Shown piece after piece: positions 55,627 through 59,035 of a DNA stretch of 59,035 nucleotides. The DNA lies in the NCBI GenBank assembly GCA_013152355.1, contig JAADGO010000079.1, forward strand, positions 1 to 59,035. The letters run 5' to 3'. The position numbers were made by a program, and so were the translations under genes. The first letter of the stretch is position 1; the number at the start of each line of letters is the position of its first letter. A model generated the notes under the pieces. It saw only the letters and a program-made list of their open reading frames with translations. It made no database searches and was not told where the DNA came from. The DNA comes from Chlorobiota bacterium (GTDB lineage: Bacteria; Bacteroidota; Bacteroidia; Bacteroidales; Prolixibacteraceae).

Positions 55627-57069
55627 ATGTTGCCTTATTTATTATATTACCTTATTTTTTTAACAGTTGTATCCCTGCTCTATTACTCTGTAAATAAAAA
55701 GTGCAGGCATTATGTGCTATTTGCGGCAAGCCTGCTGTTTATCGCCGGCTTTTCATTGCCGGTAGCGTTATTTTCCTTAGCACTTACAACGTTAAACTAT
55801 TTCCTGGGGCTTCTGCTTGACAGGTTTAAAGATAGGCCAGCCCTTAAAAGCAAAGTATTCTGGCTGGGCATTGTAGCCGATGTGGGGATTCTTGCATTCT
55901 TCAAGTATATCAATATATTCTTTGAAAATATTAATGCGCCCATTTCGTTAACGATTTTTGACGTTAAAATGCCATATTTAACGTTGCTCATACCTTTAGG
56001 GATTTCCTATTATACATTCCAGGCTCTTGGGTATTTGATACTGATAAACAGGGGAAGTGAACAAGCTGAAAGAAATTATGCACGGTTTGCAACCTTCCTG
56101 TTATTTTTCCCAAAATTCCTTTCGGGGCCTGTAGAGCGTTCGGGGCATTTCTTCCCACAAATAAAAAACCCTGGTGTTTTCGACCGGGACAAAGCCGCCA
56201 GTGGTTTAAGGTTGTTATTGTGGGGGGCATTCAAGAAAATCGTTATTGCCAATAATCTTTATGGGCCTGTCTCAAATGTTTATAATGATATTTATAGTTA
56301 TACCGGGGCCTCGCTGATTATTGTTTTATTTATCCAGGTCATATACATCTATTTTGATTTTTCAGGGTACACAGATATGGCTTTAGGCTCTGCAAAAATC
56401 TTTGGGATTGACCTGGTTGATAATTTCAAACGCCCATTCCTGGCTAAAAATGTATCAGAATTCTGGAAACGGTGGCACATCTCATTATCTTCGTGGTGCA
56501 ATGATTTTATTTTTATCCCTTTCATTGTCAAATTCAGGAGGTGGGGGAATACGGCTGCTGTTGCAGGAATATTTTTAACCTTTTTCATTATTGGGGTCTG
56601 GCATGGTGCAAACCTGACATTTGTTGTGCTGGGGATACTTCAGGGCATAGCTGTTGTATATGAGTTTTATACAAAAAAGATAAGGTTTAATATAGCTGCC
56701 AGGCTTCCCAAATATATGGTAAATACATTAGGCCGTTTTTTTGTTTTCTTATTCATGGCCGTATCTATGGTGTTCTTTTACGCCAATTCTTTGACTGAAG
56801 CCTTATACTTCATATCCCATTTATTTTCAGATATAAAATCAGGGATAAATGTGCATGGGCTTATTGCTAACAGTCCGGCATTCCTCCTGGCCCTTGCATG
56901 TTTTATTTTGTTATTTATTGTGGAAATGCTCAATGAAAAAGGAAAAGATATAATGTCATTTTATATGAAACAACCACTGTGGGTCCGTTGGGCGGGTTAC
57001 TTTATTGCTATTGCCCTTATCTATTTTTCGGGCACCGGAATCGAATCATTCTATTATATGAGGTTTTAA
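55627..57069 (+). CDS. MBOAT family membrane O-acyltransferase (DltB/AlgI-like)
   Basis: 480-aa polytopic ORF. FWKRWHISLSSW and the invariant-His region IIGVWHGAN are typical of MBOAT. Confidence 0.85.
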   Translation: MLPYLLYYLIFLTVVSLLYYSVNKKCRHYVLFAASLLFIAGFSLPVALFSLALTTLNYFLGLLLDRFKDRPALKSKVFWLGIVADVGILAFFKYINIFFENINAPISLTIFDVKMPYLTLLIPLGISYYTFQALGYLILINRGSEQAERNYARFATFLLFFPKFLSGPVERSGHFFPQIKNPGVFDRDKAASGLRLLLWGAFKKIVIANNLYGPVSNVYNDIYSYTGASLIIVLFIQVIYIYFDFSGYTDMALGSAKIFGIDLVDNFKRPFLAKNVSEFWKRWHISLSSWCNDFIFIPFIVKFRRWGNTAAVAGIFLTFFIIGVWHGANLTFVVLGILQGIAVVYEFYTKKIRFNIAARLPKYMVNTLGRFFVFLFMAVSMVFFYANSLTEALYFISHLFSDIKSGINVHGLIANSPAFLLALACFILLFIVEMLNEKGKDIMSFYMKQPLWVRWAGYFIAIALIYFSGTGIESFYYMRF

Positions 57070-57077
57070 ACAACTTC
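57065..57077 (-). repeat. Dispersed 13-mer (top strand TTTAAACAACTTC, exact), overlapping the MBOAT stop codon
   Basis: Exact copy; the TAA stop (57067-57069) lies inside it. Confidence 0.8.
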
Positions 57078-57104
57078 TATAGTAACACTATAAAATTAAC
57101 AGCT

Positions 57105-57944
57105 ATGAATATTTTAAAAACAAGTTTTTTTATTTCTATTGCAATTATAACTGCAATAATAATATTTCAATGTTCAAAAAACAATGCCTCCTCTACCGGC
57201 AAAGAGTGCAAGATCCTTTTCTTACACCACAGTACCGGTGCAATAATTTACAAAGGGGGAAGCAGTGGTATCCTTGCTCAACAGGAAGTCCCCAAATGGT
57301 TTAATAATTACAACAAAAAGAATGGTACTTCATACAAAATAACTGAACAGGAATTCCCCAAAAGCCAACCGTACGGATGGAACAACTACCCTTATGATTA
57401 TTATAATATTTGGGTGAAACATGCTGGAAACCAGCCATATCTTGAAGAACCGACACTGGAAATGCTGACGAAGGAGTATAATGTCATAATCTTTAAACAT
57501 TGTTTCCCGGGTAGTAATATACTGGAAGATTTGGATAATGCCGATATTGATTCGCCGGAGAAACGGCTGGGAAACTACAAACTTCAATACCAGGCTTTAA
57601 AACAGAAATTAACCCAATTCCCGGAGGTAAAGTTTATTGTATGGACCGGTGCGGCACTGATCGAAGCACAAACAACCCCGGAAAATGCTGCCCGGGCAAG
57701 AGAATTTTCCGAATGGGTTAAGAATGAGTGGGATACAGACGGCGATAATATTTACGTATGGGACTTCCGCGAACTTGAAACAGAAGGCGGGCTATACCTC
57801 AAGAAGGAATATGCCAGCTCGTCAGGCGATTCGCACCCGGGGAAGGATTTTGCAAAAACTGTAGCCCCGCTACTTTGCCAAAGGATTGTAGATGTGATTG
57901 AGAATAATGGGGCGAAAACAACTCTGACAGGCAAGCCACTTTAA
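57105..57944 (+). CDS. Exported/lipoprotein partner of the MBOAT (occupies the DltD/AlgJ/AlgX position; fold unassigned)
   Basis: The start is set at MNILKTSFFISIAIITAIIIFQCSKNN (signal plus lipobox-like Cys). The track's 56979 start would overlap the MBOAT by 91 nt. LFLHHSTG and SSGDSHPG are loosely reminiscent of SGNH blocks I and V but do not match exactly. Confidence 0.6.
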   Translation: MNILKTSFFISIAIITAIIIFQCSKNNASSTGKECKILFLHHSTGAIIYKGGSSGILAQQEVPKWFNNYNKKNGTSYKITEQEFPKSQPYGWNNYPYDYYNIWVKHAGNQPYLEEPTLEMLTKEYNVIIFKHCFPGSNILEDLDNADIDSPEKRLGNYKLQYQALKQKLTQFPEVKFIVWTGAALIEAQTTPENAARAREFSEWVKNEWDTDGDNIYVWDFRELETEGGLYLKKEYASSSGDSHPGKDFAKTVAPLLCQRIVDVIENNGAKTTLTGKPL

Positions 57945-57945
57945 C

Positions 57946-57975
57946 TTTAAACAACTTCTAATTTTAAACAACTTC
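57946..57975 (-). repeat. Two tandem exact copies of the dispersed 13-mer (57946-57958 and 57963-57975)
   Basis: Top strand TTTAAACAACTTC-taat-TTTAAACAACTTC, starting 2 nt after the stop at 57944. Confidence 0.85.
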
Positions 57976-58041
57976 ATAATTATATTTGAAACCATAATTA
58001 ATAACTTTTAGATAATCTCTGAATATTTAATTTTTTATTTC

Positions 58042-58293
58042 ATGAAAAATTCAACTGATATTAAAGAAGAAGTAAGGCAATTCATTATCGAAACAACATT
58101 TGCCCCTGCAGAACAGGTAAAAAACGACACATTAATTTTCGAACAGGGTATATTCGACTCTATGGGTTTTATTTCATTAATTGTTTTTATTGAAAACACT
58201 TTTAATTTAAACCCAAAAGATTCGGAACTGTTAGAAGAGAACTTTAAGTCGGTCAATGCAATTGCCAATTTTATCGAACGTAAACTTAATTAA
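58042..58293 (+). CDS. Acyl/aminoacyl carrier protein (DltC-like)
   Basis: 83-aa ORF. FEQGIFDSMGFISLIVFIENTF contains the phosphopantetheine-attachment DS motif in a context close to the D-alanyl carrier protein pattern (FE.G..DS.G...L...IE..F). Confidence 0.8.
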   Translation: MKNSTDIKEEVRQFIIETTFAPAEQVKNDTLIFEQGIFDSMGFISLIVFIENTFNLNPKDSELLEENFKSVNAIANFIERKLN

Positions 58294-58304
58294 ACCAGTG
58301 TTAT

Positions 58305-59035
58305 ATGTGCGGAATTGCCGGAATATATAATTACTCTTCGCAACAAAATAGTTCACCCGGACAGAATGTAAAGAGAATGCTTTCGGCAATCAGGCACCGG
58401 GGCCCGGATGAAAGCGGCATGTACCTGGGGAAGGGCGTGGGGCTTGGAAGCGTGCGGTTGAGCATCATCGACCTGGCATCGGGGCAGCAACCCATATCGG
58501 ATGATTCGGAGAATTACTGGATCGTTTATAATGGCGAAATATTTAATTACCGCGAGTTAAGGAGCAGCATTGAGAAAAAAGGCATCAGGCTTAAAACACA
58601 CAGCGACACCGAGGTGGTTGTGCAGATGTATGCTATTTATGGTGCTGGTTGCCTGAAGCATTTCAATGGGCAGTTTGCTTTTTGTATATGGGATAAGAGG
58701 AAACAGGAATTGTTCCTTGCACGCGACCGTGTAGGTATCAGGCCCCTGTTCTACTGGGCAAAGAATGGCTCTTTTGCCTTTTGCTCCGAAATAAAGGGGT
58801 TATTTACCCTTGGGCAGGTTAATAAAGCCATCCGCCCTGAAAGTTTAGCACAGGTTTTTACTTTCTGGTCGACACTTTCGCCCAATACCCCGTTTGAAGA
58901 TATTTATGAACTGCCGCCAGGGCACCAGATGGTTGTGAGTTCTTCAAAAATCCATATTGAGAAATACTGGAGTATGGATTTCCCGGACAAAGGGAATATT
59001 CGCCCCCGCAGTTTACCCGATGCTGTTGAAGAATT
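58305..59035 (+). CDS. Asparagine synthase (glutamine-hydrolysing) family amidotransferase, first ~243 codons (3' end beyond the window)
   Basis: Not in the ORF track because it is open to the window edge. Manual translation from the ATG at 58305 gives MCGIAGIYNYSS...RHRGPDESGMY...RLSIIDLASGQQPI...YNGEIFNYRELR...HSDTEVV...FAFCIWDK...LARDRVGIRPLFY, which has the Ntn Cys2 and the class-II GATase motifs. Confidence 0.85.
   Translation, partial: MCGIAGIYNYSSQQNSSPGQNVKRMLSAIRHRGPDESGMYLGKGVGLGSVRLSIIDLASGQQPISDDSENYWIVYNGEIFNYRELRSSIEKKGIRLKTHSDTEVVVQMYAIYGAGCLKHFNGQFAFCIWDKRKQELFLARDRVGIRPLFYWAKNGSFAFCSEIKGLFTLGQVNKAIRPESLAQVFTFWSTLSPNTPFEDIYELPPGHQMVVSSSKIHIEKYWSMDFPDKGNIRPRSLPDAVEE

Noticed and set aside
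1-59035. tRNA, rRNA, CRISPR arrays, prophage or recognisable defence-system genes
   Set aside because: I scanned all intergenic regions longer than 60 nt by eye. I found no cloverleaf-like GC-rich segments, no regularly spaced direct repeats, and no integrase, restriction, Cas or toxin-like ORFs. A formal tRNAscan or CRISPR search was not possible here.

Overview
This 59-kb chromosomal window looks like a Bacteroidota genome. The evidence is an rpmB-rpmG-DUF4295 operon, a UpxY-family antiterminator, a TTTG/TAnnTTTG-type promoter, many lipoprotein-type signal peptides, and about 40% GC by eye.

Bases 1-27,527 carry ordinary housekeeping and accessory genes: gyrA (partial, missed by the ORF track), clpC, ftsY, rpmB/rpmG, a TetR regulator, an exported DsrE-like protein, an esterase, a double-anchored VWA-like membrane protein followed by two tandem paralogous TPR lipoproteins, aminopeptidase P, a divergent UDG, a DUF1080 fusion, an MFS transporter, an M49-like peptidase, TPR proteins, glycerate kinase, a RelA-like RSH, ferritin and a sulfatase.

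After a 940-bp AT-rich gap, bases 28,468-59,035 form one co-directional polysaccharide (capsule/EPS) locus. In order it contains an orphan IS3-OrfA-like HTH gene, upxY, wzx, glycosyltransferases, wecD, a frameshifted wecE, wzy, fnlA-fnlB-[membrane protein]-fnlC (L-FucNAc), more glycosyltransferases, a second polymerase-like membrane protein, the initiating phosphoglycosyl transferase, a truncated CE4 deacetylase, wza and wzc.

The most unusual part is the 3' end of the locus (52.1-59.0 kb). It holds a NadE-like PP-loop enzyme, a DltA-like adenylating enzyme, a HemK/PrmC-like NPPY methyltransferase, a DltB/AlgI-like MBOAT, an exported partner protein, a DltC-like carrier protein and an AsnB-type amidotransferase (partial). 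I read this as a carrier-protein-dependent polysaccharide modification module that has not been characterised in this phylum.

Separately, the 13-mer GAAGTTGTTTAAA occurs 7 times exactly, plus several near copies, only in intergenic DNA or at gene ends. No rRNA, tRNA, CRISPR array or complete mobile element was seen.
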